Origin: Myxococcota bacterium
Lineage (GTDB): Bacteria > Myxococcota_A > UBA9160 > SMWR01
Assembly (NCBI GenBank): GCA_030749415.1
Contig: JASMKC010000027.1
Location: 5,369-69,368, forward strand
DNA: 64,000 nt
Direction: 5' to 3'
Shown here: piece after piece, positions 55,737-64,000 of the stretch
How the letters are laid out: every line of letters begins with the position of its first letter
How positions within the stretch are numbered: the stretch's first letter is position 1
Notes under the pieces: model-generated
The model's database searches: none
What the model saw: only the letters and a program-made list of their open reading frames with translations
What the model was told of the DNA's origin: nothing
Program-made: the position numbers and the translations under genes

Positions 55737-56312
55737 CTAGGCGCCGCCCCACTTCACCGACAGGAGTCTGAGGTTGACCGCGTTCACCACGATGTGAGCG
55801 ACGCTCGGAGCCAACAGGTTTCCGGTGCGCTCGAAGAGCAGGCCGAGCAGGAGACCCGCTGCGAAGGAAAAGAGGCACCAGGGAGCAAGTTCGCGCCTCG
55901 GGACCAGGTGGGCCAGCCCGAAGAGGGCGCTCGTCGCAACCAGTCCCAGCTGGGGCTGGAGCGCCCCACGAAAAAAGGCCTCCTCGCTCACACCCGATAG
56001 AACCGCGAGCACCAGGCAGTCCCGCCAGCTCAAGATCCCCAGCAGCTGCCCCAATGCACGCGAAAGGGCGGCTCCCCACACCGTTCGGGCCAACGCCGCC
56101 GAAATGGCAACCACCAGCACGCCCACGACCAGACCCAAGGCGAGATCGAGCGGAGCCACGCCTCGCTGCTCGGCAGCGGTGCTGGCGAACCACAGACTGC
56201 GCCCCATCAAGCTCGCCCATCCCCAGGCAACCGCGAGCAGCGCGCCATAGAAGACGGCGGCGGTTTTCACCAGCAATGCGCCAGACGGCGGTGTGGACTC
56301 GGCCTGCTGCAT
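55737..56312 (-). CDS. CPBP-family intramembrane glutamic endopeptidase (CAAX protease-like)
   Basis: SEEAFFRG, FGLAH and AHIVVN motifs. Trimmed to ATG 56312. Confidence 0.8.
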   Translation of the reverse strand: MQQAESTPPSGALLVKTAAVFYGALLAVAWGWASLMGRSLWFASTAAEQRGVAPLDLALGLVVGVLVVAISAALARTVWGAALSRALGQLLGILSWRDCLVLAVLSGVSEEAFFRGALQPQLGLVATSALFGLAHLVPRRELAPWCLFSFAAGLLLGLLFERTGNLLAPSVAHIVVNAVNLRLLSVKWGGA

Positions 56313-56460
56313 CGGGTGTTTGACCGGCCAGACCCGGGCCGGTAGCTTCTCTCCTGCGCCGGCGCCCCAGCAGGGGCCTAGGCAGCCTCGTTTCCGTGGT
56401 GTCTGCGGGCAGAAACTCCCTCCCAAAGTGTAGCCCCGCACATCGCCCCAGGGGGTCCCC

Positions 56461-56937
56461 GTGTCCGACCGCGTCCCGATGACCCAAGGCGGCTACGACA
56501 ACCTCCAGTCGGAGGTCAAGCGTCTCAAGAGCGAGGAGCGCCCCGCGATCGTGAAGGAGATCGAACTGGCGCGCGCACACGGAGACCTCTCCGAGAACGC
56601 CGAATACCACGCCGCCAAGGAAAAGCAGGGCCTGATCGAGGGCCGAATCCGAGCCATGGAGGACCGGATCGCGCGAGCCCAGATCATCGACCCCAAGGGG
56701 CAGACGACCGACAAGATCCGCTTTGGGCATTGCGTCGATCTCGAGGACTCGGACAGCGGGGAGCGGGTCACCTACACCCTGCTGGGAGAAGAGGAGGCCG
56801 ACGTCGCCAACGGCTGCATCTCGGTGAGCTCGCCGGTGGCGCGTGCCCTGCTTGGAAAGGAAGTCGGCGATTCTGTTCGCGTGCACGTACCGAAGGGCAC
56901 GCGAGAATTCGAGATCCTCGAAATTCGCAGCTCCTGA
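56461..56937 (+). CDS. greA: Transcription elongation factor GreA
   Basis: PMTQGGYDNLQSEVKRL...AHGDLSENAEYHAAKE...ISVSSPVARALLGK. GTG start. Confidence 0.93.
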   Translation: MSDRVPMTQGGYDNLQSEVKRLKSEERPAIVKEIELARAHGDLSENAEYHAAKEKQGLIEGRIRAMEDRIARAQIIDPKGQTTDKIRFGHCVDLEDSDSGERVTYTLLGEEEADVANGCISVSSPVARALLGKEVGDSVRVHVPKGTREFEILEIRSS

Positions 56938-57023
56938 CCGCCGCGAACGGGCCTTGTAGCCTCGGGATGACGCGCGTCCCAACGCCACCGTGAGCTGCGG
57001 CCCCGCGAACTTCGAGTCGGCAA

Positions 57024-57099
57024 TGGCTCCCCGGGTAGGACTCGAACCTACGACCCAGCGGTTAACAGCCGCTTGCTCTGCCAGCTGAGCTACCGGGGA
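57024..57099 (-). tRNA. tRNA-Asn (anticodon GTT), encoded CCA
   Basis: TCCCCGG/CCGGGGA acceptor stem. Anticodon stem-loop AGCGG-CTGTTAA-CCGCT. T arm GTAGG-TTCGAGT-CCTAC. Confidence 0.92.
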
Positions 57100-57226
57100 T
57101 CGGCCACCGGCCGCGAGTCTAGGCGCCCTCTTTCGAAGATCAAGCGCATCGATTTCGACGCAATATCGGATACTTAGGGTGCGATATGCTTGCGGCCGCC
57201 GGTTTCCAGGAGAGGAGTGCCGCCCC

Positions 57227-57787
57227 ATGCCGCGACGTCCCGTCTGGCTCATTGCGATCGCGCTCGGAATCGGCGGCCTGCCGGGAACCGGCACGGCCGA
57301 ACGGGCCTGGGTCAAGGACGAGGTGCGGTTGAACATCCGCGCCGGTCCGGGAGTGGAATTCAAAATCCACCGCGCAGTGAAAACCGGTGACTCTTTCGAG
57401 GTTCTCTCGCGCACCGAGGGCTGGACCGAAGTCCGCGGACGAGACGCCCTTCAGGGTTGGATCCCGGCGGGTTATCTCCAGGCGGAGGCTCCGGCGCGCA
57501 TTCGCCTCGAGCGCCACGAGGCCGACACCGCCAAGCTGCGCTCGGATCATTCTCGAGTGTCGACGGAGGTCGAAACGCTGCGCACGGAGAATCGGGAGCT
57601 GAGTCAGACGAGCACCGCGCTGCAATCCCGGCTCGAAACGATCGAGAAGGAGAATACCGAGCTGCGTGCGGGCGCTCGCTGGCCGGAATGGATTACGGGT
57701 GCCTCCATCCTCGTCGTCGGCGGCCTGCTCGGCATCATCGTCCACGCCACGACCACCCGAAGACAGACGCGCCGCATCCGGCTCTGA
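57227..57787 (+). CDS. SH3-domain + coiled-coil + C-terminal TM protein (TIGR04211/YgiM-like)
   Basis: Trimmed to ATG 57227 with AGGAGAGGAG SD. Signal peptide, SH3b-like VKDEVRLNIRAGPG...GWTEV...GWIPAGYL, coiled coil, TM WITGASILVVGGLLGIIV. Confidence 0.78.
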   Translation: MPRRPVWLIAIALGIGGLPGTGTAERAWVKDEVRLNIRAGPGVEFKIHRAVKTGDSFEVLSRTEGWTEVRGRDALQGWIPAGYLQAEAPARIRLERHEADTAKLRSDHSRVSTEVETLRTENRELSQTSTALQSRLETIEKENTELRAGARWPEWITGASILVVGGLLGIIVHATTTRRQTRRIRL

Positions 57788-57833
57788 CGGCTTCGCGGGA
57801 GCGGCGCACGCCCCTGTCCCGCTCCTCCAATTT

Positions 57834-59216
57834 TCAAAGCCGGGCCGGGATCAGAACCATTGCCAACGCCGAAACTGCGAAGCAGGCGCAGGCGATGAGA
57901 AACGTGTAGCCGACGATCTCCCCGAAGCGGATGCGCGTGACCGCGAGAATCGGGATCGCGAAAAAAGGCTGGATCAGATTGGTGGTGGAATCTCCATAGG
58001 CATACGCAAGAAGCACCGTCACCACCGACACGTCGAGCTGCTCGGCGGCCGGCAGGAGGAACGGCGCCTCGATCAGCCACTTCGAGCCCGCCGACGGAAC
58101 GAAGAGGTTCATCACCGCGGAGTAGGAGTAGACCACGAAGGGGTAGCTCCCCTGGCTGGCGAAATCGGCGAAGAACCCGCCGATCCAGGCTCCGAGGCCC
58201 GTGTTCTGCATCAGCCCGAAGATCCCGGCGTAGAAGGGAAACTGGAGGATGATCCCCCACGCGGCGTCGACGCCGTCGCGGCACGCGCGCAGGAAGGGCA
58301 GCGGTCGGCCGTGGAGCAGGAGGGCAGCAGTCAGGAACGTCACGTTGTAGGCGTCGATGGTCCAGCTGGTTCCGAAGCCCCGGCTCAGGATCGAATGTCC
58401 CAGCGGATAGGCCAGCAGCAGCGCGGCGAGCCAGTTCCAGCCCCGGAAAGCGTCGAGCCGTCCCCCGGGCGTCTTCGGGGGCGGGTCGACAGCGGGCAGC
58501 GTCGGCAGCATGGCCTCGACCTGCTGCGGGGTGAAGGTCACGGGATCTCGACGCGGGTGGAGCAAAACCGCCGTCCCGAGACCGACGGCGCCAATTGCCA
58601 GTACGTAGACCAGGTTGAAGGCGTTGAAGATCGTCTCGGTCACCGGGTAGAGACGGTCCACGATGGGGGCGCCGGCACCGGGGTCGAGCAGCGGGTTGCC
58701 GGGCGTCGCAAGAATCAACGGTGCGGAGCCCGAGAGTCCGGAGTGCCAAACCGTGCCCAGGCCGATGTAGGAGGCTGCGATCAGCACGCGCACGTCCGTA
58801 TCAGGGTTCCGGCGGCATATGAAAGGCACGAAGAGCGCACAGGCCACGAGACAGAGCGCCCAGTTGAGGTAGGCCGTCACCAGCGAGAAGGCGGCCGCGA
58901 GAACCACGGCCTGCACCGGGCGCCGGGGGTCGGGCAGGCCCGCGAGGCCGTCGAGCAGCCGGAAAACCGGGCGCGATGCCACGCACGCGTGTGCCGCGAC
59001 CATGGCGATGGTGAACTGCATGGCGAGCCGCAGCAGTACCCAGACGCCGTCGCCCCAGGCGAGCACCGCCTCCTCGACGCTCGCACCCGCGCCACCCACC
59101 GCGAGCAGGAGCGCGCTGCTCGTGAGAATCATGCAGATCACCCACGCATCGGGCACCCAGCGCTCGGTGAAACGCGAGAGACCGGCACCGATGTCGCGTA
59201 CAGCGTCGAAGGCCAC
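57834..59216 (-). CDS. atoE: Short-chain fatty acid transporter family protein (AtoE-like)
   Basis: 460 aa, polytopic. FTERWVPDAW...GLSGSAPL...FVPSAGSKW pattern of the AtoE family. GTG start 3 nt after the upstream stop. Confidence 0.75.
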   Translation of the reverse strand: MAFDAVRDIGAGLSRFTERWVPDAWVICMILTSSALLLAVGGAGASVEEAVLAWGDGVWVLLRLAMQFTIAMVAAHACVASRPVFRLLDGLAGLPDPRRPVQAVVLAAAFSLVTAYLNWALCLVACALFVPFICRRNPDTDVRVLIAASYIGLGTVWHSGLSGSAPLILATPGNPLLDPGAGAPIVDRLYPVTETIFNAFNLVYVLAIGAVGLGTAVLLHPRRDPVTFTPQQVEAMLPTLPAVDPPPKTPGGRLDAFRGWNWLAALLLAYPLGHSILSRGFGTSWTIDAYNVTFLTAALLLHGRPLPFLRACRDGVDAAWGIILQFPFYAGIFGLMQNTGLGAWIGGFFADFASQGSYPFVVYSYSAVMNLFVPSAGSKWLIEAPFLLPAAEQLDVSVVTVLLAYAYGDSTTNLIQPFFAIPILAVTRIRFGEIVGYTFLIACACFAVSALAMVLIPARL

Positions 59217-59219
59217 CGC

Positions 59220-60638
59220 CTACCCCACCCACCCCAGCTGGTCGAGCAGCGTGAGTCCACTGAAGAACCCGAAGAAGAGCAGCGAGGTCACGAGCACCGC
59301 AATGCGAAACGGACGGACGCGCAGGGGCCCGCCGAAGCTGCGAACGTTGAGCCAGAGGAGCAGGCCCGAATAGAAGAACATCACCACGGCGTTGAGCGCC
59401 GCCGAGAGCACCAGCAGCGTGAGGGGACGGTCGAAGCCCGCGAGCAGCACCAGCACCCCGAATGCGATCAGCGTCCACACCACGCCGAAGTAGAGACGCG
59501 AAAGATTCGACTCGCGACCAAAGTACAGGCGCAGTGAGACCTGGAGCAGGTCTGCGCTGACACGAGCCACCGCGTCGAGAAGCGCCAACTCCGTCGAGAA
59601 GAGCACCGCGATGCCGGTCGCCAGGAAGAGGTGGCGACCCCACGGACCGAAGCGTTCCGCCAGGACACCGGCCTCGGAGCCGATGAAATCGAAGTCCTGC
59701 CCGACGGCGGAGCCGGCCGGCAACAGGGTGGCCGCCACGAGGCAAAAGAGCGCGAGCGAGAGCAGCGCAAGCAGATAGAAGCTGAGAAAGTGCTCGGCGT
59801 TCGCGTTGCGCCACCAGACCCGCCAGCGCGCCTCGTTCTCCGCCGATTCCTCGAAGACCGCTCCGACCTCGCTGCCGGACTCCTCACGGCCCGTAAAGGG
59901 GCTCGTGATGCGGCCGACCCAGCGGCCCATGCCGTAGCCCTTGTCCTTGATGTAATTCGACTGGGCCAGGTTCACCGAGCCGCCGGCACCCGCGAAGGCA
60001 AGCGCCCCGAGCAACATCGGCATATGCACCCCATCCGGCATATGCCCGAAGCGAAACGCACCCGCCGCCAGGTCGCCGACAGTGGCGGGCTCGACGAGCA
60101 AGGCGGTCAGCACGATGAGCCCCGCGAAGATCACGGCGACAAGAACCACCTGGATGGTTTCGACCGTGCGGTAGACCACCGGTCCAACCGACAGGGTGAG
60201 GCCGCAAGCGACGAGTCCGGCGATGGCACCGGGGACGATCGGAACATCGATTTCCCAGGAGAGCAGCGTGGCCGCCCCGGTCGCCCAGCCGGGCCAGATC
60301 CAGGGCACGGTGGAGCAGAGCAGAAAGGCCGGCGCCCAGAAGCGAGAGAGGCGGACGAAGCCGATGACGGCGCTCTCCCCGGTTGCGAGCGTCCAGCGTT
60401 CGATTTCCATATTGAGGAAGAACTGAAGCGTGACACCCGTCCAGCAGGCCCAGAAGAGCGCGAAGCCCCACTCGACCGTGAGCCTGGGCCAGAGCACGAA
60501 CTCGCCGCTCCCGATCGAGAGCCCCACCAGGATCACGCTGGGGCCGAGCATGCGCCGCAGCGCAACCGGCCGGGGAAGAGACCGCCGCTCGGGCGACGGA
60601 AGCACGCGGTCGGGAATGCGCTGCCAGGATCGGGACAT
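59220..60638 (-). CDS. Nramp-fold transporter homologue lacking the canonical DPGN/MPH metal-site motifs
   Basis: Trimmed to ATG 60638. LGPSVILVGLSIGSGEFVLWP aligns by eye with Nramp TM1 (..DPGN..), and GALAFAGAGGSVNLAQSNY with TM6 (..MPHN..). Confidence 0.65.
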   Translation of the reverse strand: MSRSWQRIPDRVLPSPERRSLPRPVALRRMLGPSVILVGLSIGSGEFVLWPRLTVEWGFALFWACWTGVTLQFFLNMEIERWTLATGESAVIGFVRLSRFWAPAFLLCSTVPWIWPGWATGAATLLSWEIDVPIVPGAIAGLVACGLTLSVGPVVYRTVETIQVVLVAVIFAGLIVLTALLVEPATVGDLAAGAFRFGHMPDGVHMPMLLGALAFAGAGGSVNLAQSNYIKDKGYGMGRWVGRITSPFTGREESGSEVGAVFEESAENEARWRVWWRNANAEHFLSFYLLALLSLALFCLVAATLLPAGSAVGQDFDFIGSEAGVLAERFGPWGRHLFLATGIAVLFSTELALLDAVARVSADLLQVSLRLYFGRESNLSRLYFGVVWTLIAFGVLVLLAGFDRPLTLLVLSAALNAVVMFFYSGLLLWLNVRSFGGPLRVRPFRIAVLVTSLLFFGFFSGLTLLDQLGWVG

Positions 60639-60714
60639 GCGGACGCCGCGGGTTTTTACCAGGCCGCTCCCAGCTTGCAAGCCCCGGCTCGCGACCGGCC
60701 GGGGCAGGGCGAAC

Positions 60715-61941
60715 TCACCTGGAGCCGAAATATTCCCTCGCGGCCTCGGGAGACAAACCCGCCGCTCGAGCGATCTCTGCGAGACGCTCCGGATCGGCCA
60801 GGTCCGCGGGCTCGATGCGCTCCTGGAGAGCGAGGCACGTCTGCCACACGATCGAATCCAGGTCGACCTGCCGCGTTCGCGAGCGTCCGGTTTCGGGATC
60901 GATGATCTCCTGGAAGGGAACCGGAACGATGCGTCCGCCCCGGCGCGTCACGAGCACACCCGATTCGCCGGAGAGAAGCACCTCCACCGCTCCGGCACCG
61001 AGATCGAGGCAGTAGTCGCGGTCGCACGCGGTCGGGTAGCCGGAACGCAACTCGTAGCCGACCTCCTTCTCCCCGATCGCCACCTTCACACCGCGGGGCG
61101 CCAACTCGTCCTGGACGGCCGTCCGCAGCAGCTTGGCGATCGGAATCTCGGCCAGCCGGATGTGGCCGTGCTCGTCTCGCGGCACGTCCACCAGATGCGG
61201 ATCGTCCGGGTCCATGTACTCCATCACGCCCTCGGCAATCACGGCCACACCGTCGGCCCGACCCCGCGCGAGACGCTTCACGATGCCGCCCTCGAGCACC
61301 CGCACCAGGTCGGCGAGCCGGATGGGCGGAGCAAACTCCTCCGGAATCAGCACCAGGGGCGCGCCGGCGGCCTTGCCGGCGCCGAGCGCCAGGTGACCCG
61401 CCTGCCGGCCCATCATCACGATGAAAAACCAGCGCTGGGTCGACTCGCAGTCGGCGAGAATGCGCTCGACCACCGCAGTGGCGTGCTCCCGCGCCGTATC
61501 GTGGCCGAAGGTCGGGATGCCGGGCGGCAGGGGCAGGTCGTTGTCGATCGTCTTGGGAACATGGGCGACGCGGATTCGTCCGCCGGCCGCCTCGGCGACG
61601 CGACTCGCCGACGTGGCCGTATCGTCCCCGCCGATCGTGAGCAGATGATCGATGCCGAGGCTCTCCAGCGCCTTGACGCAGTTCTCGAGGTGCTCGCGCT
61701 TCCGGGTCGGATTCGCCCGCGCGGTGTGCAGCACGGTGCCCCCGCGGAGGTGGAGACCGGCCACGGCCGCCTCGTCCAGCACGAGCGTGTGGTCCGTGCG
61801 CCCCTCCATGATCCACTTGAAACCGTCGAGCAGGCCGATGACCTTCGCGCCGCGGCGCGTGGCGACAGTCGTAGCCGCGGCGATGACAGCGTTGATGCCC
61901 GGCGCCGGTCCCCCTCCGACCAGAATTCCAAACGTGGACAT
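60715..61941 (-). CDS. pfp: 6-phosphofructokinase, pyrophosphate-dependent type by motif
   Basis: Trimmed to ATG 61941 with GAGGAGG SD. GGGPAPGIN, TIGGDDTATSA (GGDD) and PKTIDNDL (Lys) motifs. Confidence 0.85.
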   Translation of the reverse strand: MSTFGILVGGGPAPGINAVIAAATTVATRRGAKVIGLLDGFKWIMEGRTDHTLVLDEAAVAGLHLRGGTVLHTARANPTRKREHLENCVKALESLGIDHLLTIGGDDTATSASRVAEAAGGRIRVAHVPKTIDNDLPLPPGIPTFGHDTAREHATAVVERILADCESTQRWFFIVMMGRQAGHLALGAGKAAGAPLVLIPEEFAPPIRLADLVRVLEGGIVKRLARGRADGVAVIAEGVMEYMDPDDPHLVDVPRDEHGHIRLAEIPIAKLLRTAVQDELAPRGVKVAIGEKEVGYELRSGYPTACDRDYCLDLGAGAVEVLLSGESGVLVTRRGGRIVPVPFQEIIDPETGRSRTRQVDLDSIVWQTCLALQERIEPADLADPERLAEIARAAGLSPEAAREYFGSR

Positions 61942-62030
61942 CTTTTCCTCCTCGGCTTCGCGACCAGCAATCGAGACCACACGGGCCCTCGTTCACGGCG
62001 AGAAAGGTACCCATCGGGTACGATGCCGCC

Positions 62031-62768
62031 ATGCGTGCGGTGGCCGTGATCCCGGCGCGGTACCAGTCGGTGCGGTTCCCGGGCAAGCCGCTCGCGCCGA
62101 TCGCGGGAATCCCGATGATCCGGCGCGTCTGGGAGGGCACCCGGACGGCCAAGAGCCTGCGCGCCGTGATCGTAGCCACGGACGACGAGCGCATCGCGGA
62201 GACCTGTCGCCAGTTCGGTGCGGAAGTCGTGATGACTCGCGGGGACCACCCGACGGGTACGGATCGTCTCGCCGAGGTCGCAGAGAGCCTCGACGACGAC
62301 GTGATCGTAAATGTCCAGGGCGACGAGCCGCTGATCGAGGGCTTCGCGATAGACGCAGTGGTAGAGGCGCTCTGCCGGGATTCCCAGGTTCCGATGTCAA
62401 CGCTCGTCCACCCCCTCGAAGGCGCGGCGATCGACGATCCCAACCGGGTGAAGGTAGTGCTGGACCGCAGCGGACACGCCCTCTACTTCTCGCGCAGCCG
62501 AATCCCGGCGCTGCGCAATCCGGAAAAACCGCCGCGCTACTGGCAACACGTGGGTCTCTACGCCTACCGGCGGGATTTCCTCGCGGAGTACATGCGACTC
62601 GAGCCGACGGATGCCGAGCGCGCTGAGGCCCTCGAACAGCTTCGCGCACTGGAGAACGGGTACCGGATTCGCTGCGCCGTCGTGGAGGGCTGGGTGAGTT
62701 CGCCGGTGGACGTGCCTTCCGACGTGGCGCGAGTCGAAGCCCGGCTGCGCGAACTGGGCCGGCCCTGA
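62031..62768 (+). CDS. kdsB: 3-deoxy-manno-octulosonate cytidylyltransferase (CMP-KDO synthetase)
   Basis: VIPARYQSVRFPGKPL, TDDERI, GTDR, VNVQGDEPL. Confidence 0.92.
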   Translation: MRAVAVIPARYQSVRFPGKPLAPIAGIPMIRRVWEGTRTAKSLRAVIVATDDERIAETCRQFGAEVVMTRGDHPTGTDRLAEVAESLDDDVIVNVQGDEPLIEGFAIDAVVEALCRDSQVPMSTLVHPLEGAAIDDPNRVKVVLDRSGHALYFSRSRIPALRNPEKPPRYWQHVGLYAYRRDFLAEYMRLEPTDAERAEALEQLRALENGYRIRCAVVEGWVSSPVDVPSDVARVEARLRELGRP

Positions 62769-62786
62769 ACGCCGGCGCTGTGCCCC

Positions 62787-64000
62787 TCACTGGATGCGCG
62801 TGTCGCGTCCGGCCCATTCCTTTTCCCGCAACCGGAACTTCTGGATCTTTCCCGTCGAGGTCTTCGGAAGTTCGGTGAACTCGATCGCCTTCGGGCACTT
62901 GAAGTGGGCGATCTGCTCGCGGCAGAAAGCAATCAGGTCCGCCTCCGTGACACCGGCGTTCGGACGCAGGGTGACGAAAGCCTTCGGCACCTCACCCCAC
63001 TTTTCGTGGGGCATGGCAACGACTGCACATTCCAGCACTGCGGGGTGCTTGACCAGCGTATGCTCCACTTCGATCGTCGAAATGTTCTCGCCGCCGCTGA
63101 TGATCATGTCCTTCTTGCGGTCACGCAGTTCGATGTATCCGTCCGGGTGGACGACGCCGAGATCACCCGAATGAAACCAGCCGCCACGAAAAGCCTCGGC
63201 CGTGGCCTCCGGATCCTCGAAGTAACCCTTCATCACGTTGTTCCCGCGCATCACCACCTCGCCCATCGACTCCGCATCCGCGGGTACGTCGCGCATCCCT
63301 TCATCGACGACGCGCAGGTGGGTGGCGATCTGATAGGGAACGCCCTGACGAGCCATCACCCGGGCGCGCCCCTCGACGTCGAGACCCTCCCACTCGGGCT
63401 GCATCTCGCAATAGACGTGGGGCCCGTACGTCTCGGTGAGGCCGTAGAGGTGGATGACTTTCACGCCGAGTTCTTCCATGCGGCCCAGCAACGTCGGGGA
63501 CGGTGGGGAGCCGCCCGTCGCCACGCGGATCGGCGGGTCGAAACGAACCCCCTTCGCCTCGGGCGCCTCCGCCAACATGAGCAGCACCGTGGGCGCGCCA
63601 TTGAAGTGAGTGACACCTTCCGCCTTCACCAGCTCGAGAATGCGCCGGCTCTCGATGGCTCGGAGCATCACGTGGGTGCCGGCGGCGGCCGTCACCGCCC
63701 AGGGAAAGCACCACCCGTTGCAGTGGAAGAGGGGAAGCGTCCAGAGAAAGACCGAATCGCGCTCGAGCTTGTGAACGATCATCTCGCTGAGCGCGTTGAG
63801 GGCCGTGCCGCGGTGGGTGTACATCACGCCCTTGGGCCGGCCGGTGGTTCCCGACGTGTAGTTGATCGACGTAACGCGATCCTCGTCATCGGTGCCGCCG
63901 GTGACCGGCAACACATCGGCGCCATCTACGAATGCGTCGAAGCTGGGCCCGTCGAGTGGCGACCCGGCCACACCGGCGATCGGATCCTCGAGGTTCACCA
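62787..64000 (-). CDS. AMP-binding acyl-CoA synthetase (medium-chain type); 5' end beyond the window
   Basis: YTSGTTGRPKG, YGLTETYG, WFHSGDL, GGENISTIEVE, LPKTSTGKIQK. The frame is open to the window edge. Confidence 0.88.
   Translation of the reverse strand, partial: VNLEDPIAGVAGSPLDGPSFDAFVDGADVLPVTGGTDDEDRVTSINYTSGTTGRPKGVMYTHRGTALNALSEMIVHKLERDSVFLWTLPLFHCNGWCFPWAVTAAAGTHVMLRAIESRRILELVKAEGVTHFNGAPTVLLMLAEAPEAKGVRFDPPIRVATGGSPPSPTLLGRMEELGVKVIHLYGLTETYGPHVYCEMQPEWEGLDVEGRARVMARQGVPYQIATHLRVVDEGMRDVPADAESMGEVVMRGNNVMKGYFEDPEATAEAFRGGWFHSGDLGVVHPDGYIELRDRKKDMIISGGENISTIEVEHTLVKHPAVLECAVVAMPHEKWGEVPKAFVTLRPNAGVTEADLIAFCREQIAHFKCPKAIEFTELPKTSTGKIQKFRLREKEWAGRDTRIQ

Overview
This is a GC-rich (roughly two-thirds G+C by eye, not computed) bacterial chromosomal segment, densely coding on both strands. 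I call about 70 protein genes, three tRNAs (Ser-CGA, Pro-CGG, Asn-GTT) and the SRP RNA. The content is mostly core housekeeping: etfBA, efp, gltA, ctaA, a stand-alone EF-G, infA, ffs-dnaX-ybaB-recR, priA, def-fmt-rsmB-rpe, greA, kdsB, a PPi-type phosphofructokinase, MFE-2-like beta-oxidation enzymes, an M16 peptidase pair and an RND/MMPL exporter. The mglB-mglA polarity module (near-colinear with the Myxococcus xanthus proteins as I remember them) and a mitochondrial/spd-type EF-G suggest a Myxococcota-like host; that is inference. I saw no transposase, integrase, phage gene, CRISPR array or recognisable defence system. Many long ORFs in the supplied track are antisense shadow ORFs or upstream read-through of real genes, so several starts were trimmed by homology and start/stop coupling. 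I cannot point to a clear-cut novel system. The loci most worth a second look are: (1) a same-strand cluster of infA, an LbH acyltransferase, an extra FDH-like formyltransferase, EF-G and a KaiC-like ATPase; (2) a small membrane-protein gene whose coding signal alternates between two frames at a 19-bp x3 repeat and three homopolymers; (3) a tightly coupled five-gene operon (SDR, PlsC-like acyltransferase, AP-family phosphodiesterase, NUDIX, DUF1232); (4) three unusual short tandem repeats (29 bp x4, 33 bp x2 hairpins, 42 bp x6 inside dnaX); (5) a truncated LLM gene abutting tRNA-Ser; (6) fmt, whose conserved N-terminus lies upstream of any ATG/GTG/TTG. All family calls come from motif recognition by eye; no searches were run.
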